This document shows, in pieces, positions 13,090 through 26,463 of a stretch of DNA of 64,000 nt. Made by a program: the position numbers and the translations under genes. The stretch is from the NCBI RefSeq assembly GCF_006345805.1, contig NC_043012.1, positions 2,046,001-2,110,000 on the forward strand, read 5' to 3'. Source of the stretch: Octopus sinensis. Taxonomy: Eukaryota. Below the pieces are notes generated by a model. It worked only from the letters and a program-made list of their open reading frames with translations, did not search any database and was not told the origin of the DNA. Every line of letters starts with the position of its first letter. Position 1 is the stretch's first letter.

Positions 13090-13255
13090 CTTCATTGGAG
13101 ATAAGAAAACATCTGCAAGTTTATTCTGTATGCCATGTTTTTTAATCATGACATCATCAACAACCCAAGGACTGGAAGACGTTACACCAGCACGTAAAGC
13201 ATGTGTTCTGATGAACAAACGAAGAAGTTCTTTCGGAGGTGGCCGGTCAACACGA
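13090..13255 (-). CDS. BAZ1B: BAZ1B coding exon 7
   Basis: T+RVDRPPPKELLRLFIRTHALRAGVTSSSPWVVDDVMIKKHGIQNKLADVFLSPMK, compared with human RTERPPNKEIVRYFIRHNALRAG. Donor gtaagc. 166 nt. Confidence 0.95.
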
Positions 13256-13340
13256 CTGAAAATTTTTTTAAAAAATAAATAAAATGTAATATTCTTAAAG
13301 AACAGGCCTTCAGAAAATTTCTTGCATGCAATCTTTACCA

Positions 13341-13600
13341 CATCATCATCATCATCATCATTTAACGTCCGCTTTCCATGCTAGCATGGGTTGGATGGTT
13401 CAACTGGGGTCTGGGAAGCCCGAAGGCTGCACCAGGTCAGTCAGATCTGGCAATGTTTCTATGACTGGATGCCCTTCCTAATGGCAACCACTCCGTGAGT
13501 GTAGTGGGTGCTTTTTACGTGCCACCGACACAGGTGCCAGACAGGCTGGCGAACGGCCACGCTCGGATGGTGCTTTTTACATGCCACCGGCACGGAGGCC
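13341..13600 (-). mobile_element. RTE-family 3'UTR/VNTR copy
   Basis: Same core; tail at left; ends CACGGAGGCC. Confidence 0.85.
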
Positions 13601-14696
13601 TTACCACAATAAATAAAATAAAATTATTACCATTATTATTATTAAGGCGGCAAGCTGTCAGAAGCTTTAGCACACCAGAGAAAAAGTGTTAAGTGGTATA
13701 ACATCTGTGTTTACATTCTGAGGTCAGATTTGCTTTCATTCTCTTGGAGCCAATAAATAAAACAAGCAGCATTGAGTACTGAGGTTGACGTAATCAACTT
13801 CCCTCATAGCTCAAAATTACTAGCCTTGTACAAAATTAGAAAAAAAAATTATTATTACGATTGTGTCACGTAAAAAGTACTAAGTCCATTCTGTTGGGTG
13901 GTTGGTGTTAGGAAGGGTATCCAGCTGTGAAAATCCTGCCAAAACAGTCACAGAAGTCTGGTACAGGCTTCTGTCTGACTGGCTCCTGTCAAACCGTCCG
14001 CCCCATGCCAGCATAGAAGGCAGATGTTAAACAATGATGAGGATGATGATGATGATTAAGGAATAGGGCAGGCAGAATCACAAGCATGGTTGGCAAAATG
14101 CCCAGCAGCATTTTTCCCAGGTCTTTATCTTCTCAGTTCAAATTCCATTTTTGCATTTCATCTTTTCAGGGTTGATAAAATAAGTATCAATCAAGTACTG
14201 GGGTCATTGTAATTAATTATGTCCCTCCCATTTGTAACTGCTGGACTTGTACCAAAATTTGACACAGATGTTGTTATTATTGTGATCAATCCATGAATGC
14301 CATTTAGTTCTTTAAGGTACAAGATTTTAGGATCAAAAATTTTTCACGTTGCACATTAATTTCATTATTAAAAATGAACTGTATATTGATGTAAAATGTC
14401 CCAAAATATAATTTTAATTAGATACTTAATTATGAAGTGAGATAATTATATAACATCCCACAATACATCTTGAAGTTATGAATAATATTTATTAAATATC
14501 TGGGAGGAATACACAATGGGAGGATATTATGTTAAACTCAAATCTTTTAATTATTATGAACTCGGAATTAAAAATGCTCCACCATGCAAAAACCAATGCA
14601 TTTCATACGTGCACACTAGCACATATGCATAAATGCAGACACACACAAACACATATTACACATGTGCACACAGAGTATGTTTTAAAATGGACTTAC

Positions 14697-14773
14697 GTTA
14701 AATCAGCAGCTGGTACACAGTTAATAATTTTTTCTTCTTCATTTAGCTTTATGCTGTATTTATAAGGTAATAA
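14697..14773 (-). CDS. BAZ1B: BAZ1B coding exon 6
   Basis: LLPYKYSIKLNEEEKIINCVPAADL+AC, compared with human FLPHKYDVKLQNEDKIISNVPADSL. Acceptor ctgcag, donor gtaagt. 77 nt. Confidence 0.93.
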
Positions 14774-15089
14774 CTGCAGATACAAAAGAAAAATATAACA
14801 ATATTATTTAACTTGGTAAAACACTTTAAAACTGAAGACCAAGCACTTTAAGTTTAGACAATCTTAACAACTTACACTTATATTAGACAGACAGACAAGC
14901 AGAGATAGAGACAGTGTGTGTTGCACATCATCTGCAACATGTTATGTTCACTTTTCCATGCTGAATGACTTTCCTGAGAATGTTTACAACTGGATGCTCT
15001 TCTGTCACCTACCTTTTTAAATCTCCTGCATGACATACAGGGATGTAGTGTACCTATTTGGAGACAAGTATCCACGTTTTATACACACG

Positions 15090-15412
15090 GGCCTCCGTGC
15101 CGGTGGCACGTAAGAAGCACCATCCGATCATGGCCGTTGCCAGCCTCGCCTGGCCTCCGTGCTGGTGGCACGTAAAAAGCACCATCCAACCGTGGCCGTT
15201 TGCCAGCCTCGTCTGGCATCTGTGCCGGTGGAACGTAAAAAGCACCCACTACACTCACGGAGTTGTTGGCGTTAGGAAGGGCATCCAGTCATAGAAACAT
15301 TGCCAGATCAGACTGGGTCTGGTGCAGCCTTCTGGCTTCCCAGAACCCAGTTGAACCGTCCAACCCATGCTAGCATGGAAAGCGGACACTAAATAATGAT
15401 GATGATGATGAT

Positions 15413-15414
<2 letters not shown>
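15090..15414 (+). mobile_element. RTE-family 3'UTR/VNTR copy
   Basis: Same core in the opposite orientation to 13341-13600; (GAT)n tail at right. Confidence 0.85.
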
Positions 15415-15444
<30 letters not shown>

Positions 15445-16087
15445 CATGCATTCTGAACATAACTTCGCTTATGTATGAAAGAGTCTCCGCATGGTTGCTC
15501 GACCTGCAACAAATAGTACCAAAATCGTCCTCAAATCACACGGGAGGTAGGTACAATTGATTGGTGTAAACAGAACAGAGCAGCAGTTCAACTGAGAATT
15601 AAACTTATCAAAGCCGGGAAAAGGAAACCAGAGTAACGTCCCTTGAATCATTGTAATCACTTTTAGTAATGTGATGCTTATTCGTAAATATAAAAAGAGC
15701 AAGGTCTGTAAAAGTAGTGTAGAGGGAAAGCTACAGGTATTACAATATTTTGCTTTATCTCAGAATATTTTCAAATCTTGCCATCATTGACTTCGATATT
15801 CACTCAACTGGAATAAAATCAGTAAACTACCATACGAAAGACATTTTGGTTACTACTCCAAACATAATAAACACATAACTATTTTCACACATAACATTGT
15901 TGTTGGCAAGCTGATAGAAACGTTAGCAATTCTGAGACAAAATCCCTAGTGGTATTTCGTCCACCGTTACGTTCTGAGTTCAAATTCCACCAGGATCGAC
16001 TTTGCCTTTCATCCATTGATGAAGTAAGAGCCAGTTGAGAACTTGGCCCTGAAATTTGAGACCATTACTATTATTAACAATAATAAT

Positions 16088-16244
16088 AAATTTAAATTGA
16101 GCAGAAAATGGAGAAATCTTGATCAACACCAACTGACTACCATCGATTATTATTTTTTAATACAAAACTTCAAAAAAAAAAATAATCGATGGTAGTCAGT
16201 TGGTGTTGATCAAGATTTCTCCATTTTCTTCTCAATGTAAATTT
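16088..16244. repeat. Inverted repeat/hairpin with a 49-bp perfect stem
   Basis: 16103-16151 is the exact reverse complement of 16181-16229; imperfect extension outward. Confidence 0.95.
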
Positions 16245-16907
16245 GATTCCTGATAAACTCTTGTTTATCTTTGTCATTGCCTGTATTCTATGAGCTTGCA
16301 TATGTCTGCCCAGGGTTAACATGGGTAATTTATACCAGTAGTAAAACGGATATTCTTATCCCTTAGACGGTTATTCCAACCACCAACTCTACTAACAATA
16401 ATAATATCAGTAGAGGATTGAAAAAATACCTTGCATATTTTTCCAGCTCTTTACATTCTAAATTCAAATCACACTTTGCCTTTTATTCTTTTTTAAGGTA
16501 AATAGAATAAAGTGCCACTCCAGTACTGAGGTCAATGTAATCAACTTTTCCCTTCCCCTGAAAAATGCTAACTTTGTGCTAAAATTAGAAAGAATCATTG
16601 TTGTTATTAAGGCAGTAGTTTGGCAGAATCATTAGAGCATCCAGTGAAATGCCTTGCATTATTTGTTCTGGCTCTTTATATTCTGGTTTCAAATTCTGCT
16701 GAGGCCAGTCTTGCCATTCATCCCTTGGGAGTCAATAAAATAAAGTACCAGTCAAATACGGGGTTGGGGGAGTAAATAGCAAACTAGCTCTTCTAAAAAA
16801 TTGCTGGTCTGGTACCTAAACCAGGAACAATTATTCTCATTACTATTAACAATTATTTCTATTTAATCACAATGACAAAAGTTGAAGTGAAACTGGAGAA
16901 GACCTAC

Positions 16908-17012
16908 TTTGGGAGGCACCCACTTCTTTTGCCCAGTATCTTTATTAGAACTGTTTTCATCTGTATTTTCTTTATCACTTGATGGAGAACTGCAATTACT
17001 TGTAGGATTGGC
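16908..17012 (-). CDS. BAZ1B: BAZ1B coding exon 5
   Basis: ANPTSNCSSPSSDKENTDENSSNKDTGQKKWVPPK, containing SPSSDKEN and KWxPPK as in human. Acceptor tttcag, donor gtaggt. 105 nt. Confidence 0.92.
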
Positions 17013-17307
17013 CTGAAATGGATAGAAATACACACATATTTATATATGTAGACAGTTTTGACTGTTTTGTGGATATATTTCTAATGACACAAACATTCGA
17101 TGTTAATTAATATTGGAAATAATCAAGAATTGAAATATAGTAAAATAACTTTTGTATTAATTAATCTGGATAAAATATAACTGCATTCATAGCTTGAACA
17201 AAATAAGGGACTGAAATATTTTAATATGTTGGTATTTAAAAAGAAAAAAATGTTTTTAAGTTAAAAAAAAATTACAGAAAAAAGATGTAAAGAAAATTGT
17301 CTCTAAC

Positions 17308-17350
17308 CTCAATACCACATGTATCGATCCTAACAACTTTGGCTTTCACC
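17308..17350 (-). CDS. BAZ1B: BAZ1B coding exon 4
   Basis: G+VKAKVVRIDTCGIE, compared with human LKVKIVKIHPLE. Acceptor ttttcag, donor gttaga. 43 nt. Confidence 0.85.
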
Positions 17351-18360
17351 CTGAAAATAAAAGGAAAAAATTACATGGAAATAATTTATCAACATCATGT
17401 TAATGTTTTTAATATAAGTTTCAAAATTTTGCTGGACAGTATATTGCCATCATCTAAGCCTTTTATTATCTCTTTTGTAAGGTATAAAATCTTGAGATCA
17501 GACCTCACAGCATATTATTACAATTGAAACCCTCCACCAAAAGCACTTTAATCTGGCACACATTGTCCAATGTGTGAAAAAAACTAAAGGTGATGGAAGA
17601 AGATATTGGGCAAAGGATTTCAGTAGGACACACAAAGGATAGGATGAAATATCGAATACTGCCTTAGGGTGCAACCTTCCTCTTTGCTACAAAAATTACC
17701 TTAAAAAGCTTGTGATTTTATCCTACCTCAACTCCTGGTTTTCTGTTAGCCTCCTGGTGACCACGCACCATTTTTGTTAGAAATAAGTAGGCAGTATCTA
17801 TTGCATTCCTATATGTTTAGTGTAATATCTGTTATACTTTCCATCTCTTATACTAATTAGAGATGCAAGATCGATATCACTAAAAGATGGGGGGGGGGTA
17901 TAAATAATGAAACAACCCTCGTTGCATCACAGATATTTATTTTAGCTCAATCTGCAGAGTGGTTGGTGTTAAGAATGGCATCTAGCTGCGAAAACCATGC
18001 CAAAACAGACACAGAAACATGGCATAGGTTCCACTGAGGTTGACCTTTACCTTTCATCATTCCGGGGTCGATAAATTAAGTACCAGTTGGTCAATATAGT
18101 CGACACCCCCCTCCCCTGAAATTTCAGGCCTTGTGCCTATACTTGAAAGGATTGTTATTATTATTATAATTAATATTATTAAGGTGGCAGCAAGCTGACA
18201 GAATTGTTAGAACGCCACAAGTTCAAAAACTACATCTTGTTACATTTGAATAGCTTGAGTATCAGTTTAGAGGTTACAAACTTTCCCAAGCTAAGTAGGG
18301 ACAAAGAGGAAAGATGATAGCTTTAACCAGAAGCTAAAATGGCCTTTTTTTTTTTTAGAA

Positions 18361-18729
18361 GCACAGGTGTAGTTATAAGCAAAGGTGTGGTAAGAAGTTT
18401 GTTTCCCAGCCACATGGTTCCAGGTTCAGTTCCACTGTGTGGCACCTTGAGTAAGTGTCTTCTATTATAGCCTTGCACCAACCAAAGCCTTGTGAGTGGA
18501 TTTGGTAGATGGAAATTAAAGAAACCCACTATATGTGCATGTGTGTGTATTCCCCACTGTGTGTTAACATCCCAGCAACTTAGTAGTTCAGTAAAAGAGA
18601 CCAACAGAATAAGTACTAGGCTTAAGAAAAAAGGTGAGTAGTGGGATTGATTCATTTGACTAAAACTCTTCAAGGTGGTGCCCCAGCATGGCCACAGTCT
18701 AATGATTGTAACAAGTAAAAGATAAAAGA
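18361..18729 (+). mobile_element. tRNA-derived SINE (family A), degenerate copy
   Basis: Head GGTTCAGTTCCACTGTGTGGCACCTTG, body, and AAGTAAAAGA tail as in 55756-56160. Confidence 0.75.
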
Positions 18730-18751
18730 CAAAATCTAAAATGATACTCAC

Positions 18752-18857
18752 ACTTTACCAGAAGTCTTGACTTTCAGAGAAACACATTCATTGATTGAAA
18801 GAACTTGTTGTAGCTTGAGCCAGGCTTGGTCAACCAATATGTCCAAAGAGAGAACAC
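18752..18857 (-). CDS. BAZ1B: BAZ1B coding exon 3 (end of WAC)
   Basis: GT+VLSLDILVDQAWLKLQQVLSINECVSLKVKTSGK+GT, compared with human ASLEKLVDTAWLEIM. Polypyrimidine acceptor, donor gtgagt. 106 nt; phases fit both neighbours. Confidence 0.92.
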
Positions 18858-19024
18858 CTAAACAGAGAAAAAGAAATTGGTTACAACAATAGAAGCAAAA
18901 GACTTTAGCTGTTTAGCATTTAAATTGGCTAAATCCAGCCCAAATAGTCTATCCATTTTACATTCAAACTGGCGAGATCTGGTTTTTCATATCTACTCTA
19001 CAATGTCATTCTAAATATAAACAA

Positions 19025-19356
19025 TCATCGCCTTATGGCACTTGAAAAAACATCCGAGCGAGGTCGTTGCCAGTGCCGCTGGACTGGCTCCTGTGCAGGT
19101 GGCACATAAAAACACCATTTGAGCGTGGCCATTACCAGTACCGCCTGACTGGCTCTTGTGCCAGTGACACATAAAAGCACCCACTGCACTCTCAGAGTGG
19201 TTGGCATTAGGAAGGGCATCCAGCAGTAGAAACTCTGCCAGATCAGTTTGGAGCCTGGTGCAGCAGTCTGGTTTGCCAGTCCTCAGTCAAATCATCCAAC
19301 CCATGCTAGCATGGAAAGCAGACGTTAAACGATGATGATGATGATGATGATGATGA
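19025..19356 (+). mobile_element. RTE-family 3'UTR/VNTR copy
   Basis: Core plus GCATGGAAAGCAGACGTTAAAC(GAT)n. Confidence 0.8.
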
Positions 19357-19404
19357 CATCATTGAAATTTCAAATCCATGAGATAAAGCATAATTAATTT
19401 AAAC

Positions 19405-19679
19405 CAGTGGTTCCCAAACATTTTCGGGCTGCTGCCCCCTTGACATTCAGACCACATTCCTAGCGCCCCCACCCCAACTAAGCATCACAAACATAGACCT
19501 CTTTCTGAAGCAAATTCAAAGCAACTGTATTTCACAAGTAAAACTTCACCTAATGAACCCATTATTTTGTTGCTTTTACATGTATCGCTACTCCATTATC
19601 ACCCCACTTTTCTTCAATGCCCCTCAGAACTTTCCACTGCCCCCAGAGGAGCAATACTTCCCACTTTGGTGGGCCACTG
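19405..19679. mobile_element. hAT-type MITE
   Basis: Ends CAGTGGTTCCCAAA ... TTTGGTGGGCCACTG (imperfect TIR); 8-bp TSD ATTTAAAC/AGTTAAAC (7/8). Confidence 0.7.
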
Positions 19680-20259
19680 AGTTAAACCAATGTGAATAAA
19701 TAAGTATTACATTTGATAAAGTAATCTGAGAGTTAAAAAGGTTAAAATATTGATAAAAATACAGTCGGCACTTTAAGTATCTAAAATAGAAACAAGTATG
19801 TGCAGTGGAATTGCTTTGGTGACCAGGTCGCATTAGTACTATAAAAATCTTAATTTTATATTGTACTATTAAGAAATAAAAAGTGAATGTAACAGGTTTT
19901 GTGTGCTCTTTCATAGTTAAAATTGTTTACTTTTAACATTCATTCTTAGATCAAATGACTTGCAAAAACAAGTACGACTCTGATGTATGTATATACATAT
20001 CATTGTAAATTTTGTGTAGACTGGGACAAAATTTTTCAGCCAACTGCTCATTCAATTTGGTTAAGTAAGCCATCAGATAAAAACTTAAAAGCCAACATAA
20101 AACTGACAATAAATTTCACACTATTGAATTCTCTCCTCGTCCATTGTAAAGGACCCACAGCTTTCTTAACTTTTAAGCATTCACATTTCAGTTAAAAGTA
20201 ATGCTTATTTATTCACATTGTTTTGAATTAGTTTTGCATAATTTTGTAGCTTTGAGATA

Positions 20260-20400
20260 TTAGGTTGTCCCAAAAGTTCGTAAACACTTGTGAAAATTGA
20301 ATTTTTATTCGCCAAATACTAACAAAAACAACAAAAATTATTCCTCAAAATAAAGACCATTATTTTCCAAGACTTTCTACAAACTTTTGGGACAACCTTA
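20260..20400. mobile_element. Tc1/mariner-type MITE
   Basis: TIR TTAGGTTGTCCCAAAAGTT / AACTTTTGGGACAACCTTA (1 mismatch), flanked by TA at 20258-59 and 20401-02. Confidence 0.8.
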
Positions 20401-22059
20401 TATTAATAAAGTAGCTGTTAATTTTTAGAATGATACTGTAGGGATGTTGTGAGAGGCTAGATCGGGCCAGTTTGAACATAAAACGGGTAGAATATTTTGG
20501 TTGGATAGAGCCAGTTTGAATGCTAAAGGTTAAACTTGCATTAAAATACCCTCCATTTAATATATACACATGTATTATATATGCACAGATACCTTCGCAG
20601 CATGTATGAACAAGATTCCAATGCAGAACACTTTGTTGATCATGGCTGAAATTTTTTTTCACCCTCACGGAGACCCCATTCTGTTACAGAAAGTTTTACA
20701 GAAGTTTCAGTCCCACTGTGTGGAACTATTGACAAGTGTTTTCTACTATAGCCCTGGCCATCCAAAGCCTTGTGAGCCAATTTGGTAGGTGAAAACTGAA
20801 CAAGACCCATACAATAAGTACCAAGGGGTGATTTATTAGACTAAACACTTCAAAGAGTGCTCCAGCATGGTTGCAGTCTAATTCCTGGAACAAGATACAC
20901 ACGCACATTTATAGCCTTAGGAAAGGCATCCAGCCATAAAAACCATGCCGCAACAGACAACTGGAGTCTGAAGAGCTACCCAGCTGGCCCGCTCCTTGTC
21001 AAACTGACCAACCCATGCCAGCTTGGAAAACAAGACGTTAAATGATGATGATATACAGATATAATTGATAGTCACACACATATATGTATGTACATACAAG
21101 TGATACACACAGTCACTCACTAATTAGCTGAACAAAATTCATTGAAAACGAGGTAAAATTTCCATCAATATACATTAAACAGTATCATTCAAAATCAATG
21201 GAAAACAAAAGACAAAAGTCAAGTAGCAGTTGTGATTGTTATTAGAGACATTTCCAACAATAGAATATGACAGAGCTGTCTCCAACATCTCTACAAAGGA
21301 AGTACTTATCCCTCTTCCCATATACTTCTACAACTCCAGCCAACAAAAGGAGCCTCTATATGGTAGCTTAACCAGCTAGAAATAGCAGCCAAATTCTTTC
21401 AAACCACACCCTACTTCCTAAAAAGAGGAAGGAGATGTTGGACAATGTTGTTCCCAGATATCCAAAGAGAAAGGAGGATGGTCACTATTGAAGTTTTTTT
21501 TATTTATCATAGGTCTGCGCAACTAGGGCTGACCTGGGGCAAGATTGCAACATACTTTTATATTTAGATCACTCAACAGTGGTGGAACAAGCAGAATCAG
21601 TAGAGCATCTGTGAGGATAACTTCATGACATCAGTTATGCCTCTTTAGTTTCTAAGCAGAAGTTTCACGACAGCCGAGGCCTTACATCCAATAACCAACT
21701 GTGTCCCAGCATGAATAGAGACCCATAAAAACAGGACCCAACAGTTTGAACAGCTATGCATGCACTTATGGGTGTCGGCTAACTTTTTGGATAAGTGGCT
21801 TGCAGTGGTTATGTATTTGCAGTGATGTCACTTTCTGATCCTTCAATGTCAGCTGTTCCTTTTGTGAAACAGAATTCACAAAGCATGCCCTTGTGCTTTT
21901 TTCAGAAACCTTAAACCTTTCATAATGATGAAGACAGTATTTCTTCCATTTTTTTTTCCTGTTTTGAAGCAAAGGAAATATAGTTGACATAACCTCAAAA
22001 TACTACTGCTACTTATATAAATACCGCAAAGCTTTTTAGCTGGCATTCCCTATAAAGAA

Positions 22060-22535
22060 CAATACATACATATACCCAGGCCTATTCCCCATTTTTGGGG
22101 GGAGGGGTAGCCGTAACAAGGAACACGCCAGGCATTTCATTCATTTCCCAGTTCAGAGAGGCGAGCCCTGTTCTATGCTCGGGTCAAGGCATAGAATGCA
22201 ACCCCCAATATCAGCAGCAGCGCTCGACAGCATATGCTGGTTTACCCCCGCCACATCATACTGGTTCTGTACCCCTTTGAGCAACATCAAATTCACTCAT
22301 CCATCCACAAACACTCTCTAAGCTCTCCTATCATTTATAAACTCTCTTGCCTCTCTCTCACTCCAACACCTCAAACCACCAAAGTTTTCCTCACACCATC
22401 CATCCACACAAACCGAGTTCTACCTCTGCTTCTGCTGCCTACCACTTCTGCCTTCATCACCCTCCTTACAATCCACTCTTCATTCATCCTCTCCATGTGG
22501 CCAAACCACCTCAACATTCGTCTATCCATTTTATC
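22060..22535 (-). mobile_element. RTE-type LINE 3' fragment (second family)
   Basis: Minus-strand translation MDRRMLRWFGHMERMNEEWIVRRVMKAEVVGSRSRGRTRFVWMDGVRK, the RTE C-terminal RWxGHxxRM..RGR..W motif. Left boundary approximate. Confidence 0.75.
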
Positions 22536-25249
22536 TGGCATTCCTTATTAAAAAAAAAAATACATAAAAAACAATAATTATCATTAAAACACCAGTAATT
22601 GACTGCAATTATGCCAATTATTTTATTGACGCCTTCTCCCTGCACAAAGATAAATGGTTAAGTTGACCTTGGTGGGATGTAAAGAGCCACAACAAATGCT
22701 GCAAAGCATATCTTCTGAACTCTAATGATTCTGGCAATCCACCACCAATAATTTCAACATTGCAACAAAACCAGAAATGGCGAGGAGGAAACTTAACTGG
22801 TATTTGCTTCATCAACTGCCAGAAGGATAAAAGGTAAAGTTGGCCTCATTAGGATTTGAACCCAGAACATAACTAAGTATCGCAAGACACTTTGTTCAAT
22901 ACAAGATACTGTACTGACACGATGTTACACTTGATTGCTTCACTCCAATAATAACAGATATGTATTTTATCAACTTGGGAGGATGGAAAGAAATAAATAT
23001 TCTACAATATGGATGTACAAAGGATTAGGATTACAAAAAGGCTGACAGAGGAAGACTACACGTAGAGCAAATCACAAGAGTAGGTTTTCGATAAGTAATT
23101 AGGAGAAAAATTAGACCACGGTTTTGGTACAAGGGTGTTCAGCTTGGTTTTATTACAGCGGCAACGCTGGTGGCGGTGATATCGTTATTTAATTGCAAAA
23201 CATATCAAAGTAGAAATACTGGTAATCAGAAAGTGGAAGAGAAAGCAAAGTGACCAGAACAAACAATTCTGACCAGATTTCAGCTCTGAAATAGTGGAAC
23301 CATATTCCCATGCCATGCCTTTGGTAAAGATGCCATTTAATTTGACCAATGAGCCAATGAGGGAGCATCTAATTGGTTGTTTGACATGCTAGAAATAGTA
23401 GCCAAGAGAAAGACATGCTCTGTCATGAGGTCCTGCATTCCCTGCATTTAAGAAAGCAACTACCTTCTCCTTCCCACCCACCCCACTATCATTATGTTTG
23501 TTCACTCTCCTCATTGATGGGTCTTCAATTTTTAATATTTGTACATTTTTTTTTCAACATTTTAAAAATTAACAGCCAAGACAGTCAAGGGTGGGCAACT
23601 CATATCCCTCTACATAGTCTGTCAAGAATTTTGAATGGCTATTTCTTTCCGATAGTAATAAGAAGGCGATTCAGTTTCTATATAAAGAAAACGATGGGCT
23701 GTTGTTATAGGTGGGGGTATTACTTGTGGATTAGTATTAGCAACTAATGGTTTGAAAATTAGCCAATAGGATTAACAATATTGATATTAATTAAGTCCTA
23801 AATGCTAGGAAATCACTATTATGTCAAGATGGGTTGAAAAGGAAGATGATCTCGTTATCTAACACTTCTGTGGGAAGTTATGTGGACATTACAGATCTGA
23901 TTTTTAAACCTGGATACCCTAGAGAATTGTAAATCTCTTTGCTTGAGATTTACTTGCACAAAAACAAAATTCCATTTATCATGAACAGCCACACTATTGA
24001 TAGACTTAGGAATATCTTAATAGAAACTTTCAAAGTGTATAGTTTAAATATAACTACCCCCCCCCCCATCCAACCTATTAGGCATTACTCCAGACCTCAA
24101 TACTAGCTCTAGAGAAAGCCTTAAGTGGAGGCTATATACATTCATAACAAATCTAACCACCCTTTCACTATAGTTAAGAATTTAGAAGCCAGTCTGAGTA
24201 GTTCTCTGACAAAGCTGCACCCCATTATAAGGTTTTAATGAAAAGGGACTTTAACAAGAAGTTAGTTGTATATCAAGGAGCCCCCTACTCCATCCCTGGA
24301 AAAAGTGTAAAGAAGAGGAAAATAACCTGGTTCATTTTATTATTCAAACTAGATGTCTCCATGAACATGGCAAAGAACTTGTCTTTAATTAGGTAACACT
24401 TCCAAAGCTCAGCATAATTTTTTTTTAATGTACATAATGTTATGGTGAATTACTTTTGCCTAGACAATATCACTTCCAAAATGACATGTCTTAACAGATA
24501 CACCTACATATCTTTCACCTAAAGGTCCTACTTTCAGCATGAGCAATCAAATCAACTGCCTACAGGAAGGATTCTGGCTTTCTACTAGTAACATTCAGCA
24601 ATAATCACACACAGTAGCAGTTGACAGCTATCAATTCCAAAACATAATCTGAAGTAGCCAATGACAAGCTTTATTCATCGTCTATTGAAAAATCACTTGT
24701 TTAGAAGCTGTGGTAATTTTGTCACACAGAACCATGTATCCAAACAAAGTAATGAGATTCTGAGTCAAACAGAGCTTTTTTTTTCGATTTATTTTTATTT
24801 TACCTATGTGCAAGCATACGTGTGTGAGAAATAATCATCAGGGACTGCTTATTCGTAATATCAAAGGAGACCATAAACTTAAAACTGTATAAGTCGAGTA
24901 TTTGATGTTTCTTACATATTTGAAATCATCGGAAATTATCTCGCAAGTTATAAATTATCAAAAAAGACAAATTAAATAAATTTGTAAACTCTTCCACGTA
25001 TAAATATATATACACAATAAATGCCCGGTTCATTGTACTGAGTAAACTTTTGTATTTTGGGTTACAAAGACTTGAAATTTGGGGAGGAGGGAACAAGTCG
25101 AATACATCGATCTCCTCCCCCACCTCCCCGAGCTCAATCGGTACTTATTTCATCGATCCCAAAGGATGAAAGGCTAAGTCGACCTCGGCCGGGCGTTAAG
25201 CATTTTTTGTTCGGCGTGATAACCAGCCTGCCAGTTCGCTAACTCAATG

Positions 25250-26432
25250 GACCGATTTCAAAAAACAAAAGGAAAGAAGGCGATTAGAGTGAATTCTTCG
25301 ATGGGTAGAACAGAGAATATGAGGGTGAAGAAAAAAAGGTACGAAATAAAAACGAAGAAAAAGTAATAACTCTAATGAGAAAAACCCTATGGTGAAGGCA
25401 GTAAATCGCGCGAGAATGCGAAAGAGAGAGCGGAGAGAGAGAGAGGGGGGTGGCTGGCTGCTAATGTTACCTCCGATTTAACGGACACACCTTTCTTTCT
25501 TAGTCCGCTGAATCGAGGGTTCACTGCGCAAATACACACATAAACAAAGGTGTAAACATACACACACACACACACACGAACATGCATATTTAAATGCACA
25601 CAAAATAAACATCTATACAGACGGAGCTTCTGAGACTAGTTGGAAGGAGGTGGGGGGAGGGAAATATCCTCAAACCGGAAGCCTAACCAGAATGCCTGCA
25701 ACAAAGTGAAGACCTCTTCTAAAGACACCCAAAGTGCCAGATAGCAATATCAAATCGGGTGATGGAATAAGTCTACGGCGCGCGTGCGCAAGTATGTTTG
25801 TGTGTGTGTGTGTGTGTGTTCGAAACAAGAATCTCCTAAGTTTCACATTCCCGATTTTTGAAAAATAGTTTGAATAATCAGAAAGACCCAAGAAATTTCA
25901 CCTGAAATTTTTTTTTTCTCGTATTCTTTTAATAAGAGTAAAAAAAAAAATCCTTCCACTCAACATTCCCCCCCCCCCACCACATGTTTGTAAATACAAA
26001 ACGTCTACCGACTCCACAACACACACACACACACAGCACCAATAAATGTATGAATGATATATGTGTACAAGTTAAGAAACAGTGAGATGGTGGAAAAGAG
26101 GAAGTGAAACTGTGGACGAAAAGCGACAATCGGGAGAGTGGGTCAAAGCGGCTTTGTGACTGTGTTGTCCTCTGTCCACATCGTCGTAATTAAATTTACC
26201 CCAGAGGGGGAGGAAGTAGAGGAAAAAGTTGAGAGAAAAACGTGTTATATAATGGATAGTTACACACACACAGACAAGCGCCCGCGCAAACACACACACA
26301 CACACACAGAGGGGAAGAGACAAAGAGCAGCATTACGCAGCAGGCACGAGAGAAAGGGAGAGGAGAAGCAAGTGACATTAAATAAAGTACATTTCAAATA
26401 ATAATATAAAGAACGTAAATAATACGTGAGAA

Positions 26433-26463
<31 letters not shown>

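Noticed and set aside
20592-20646. Exon-like segment on minus (tttcag...GAAG|gtatct) within intron 2
   Set aside because: Weak polypyrimidine tract, no BAZ1B similarity, and exons 2 and 3 already join in frame.
21766-21990. 74-aa minus ORF first considered as the missing WAC exon
   Set aside because: No WAC similarity; the true exons were found at 58876-59051 and 62955-63067.
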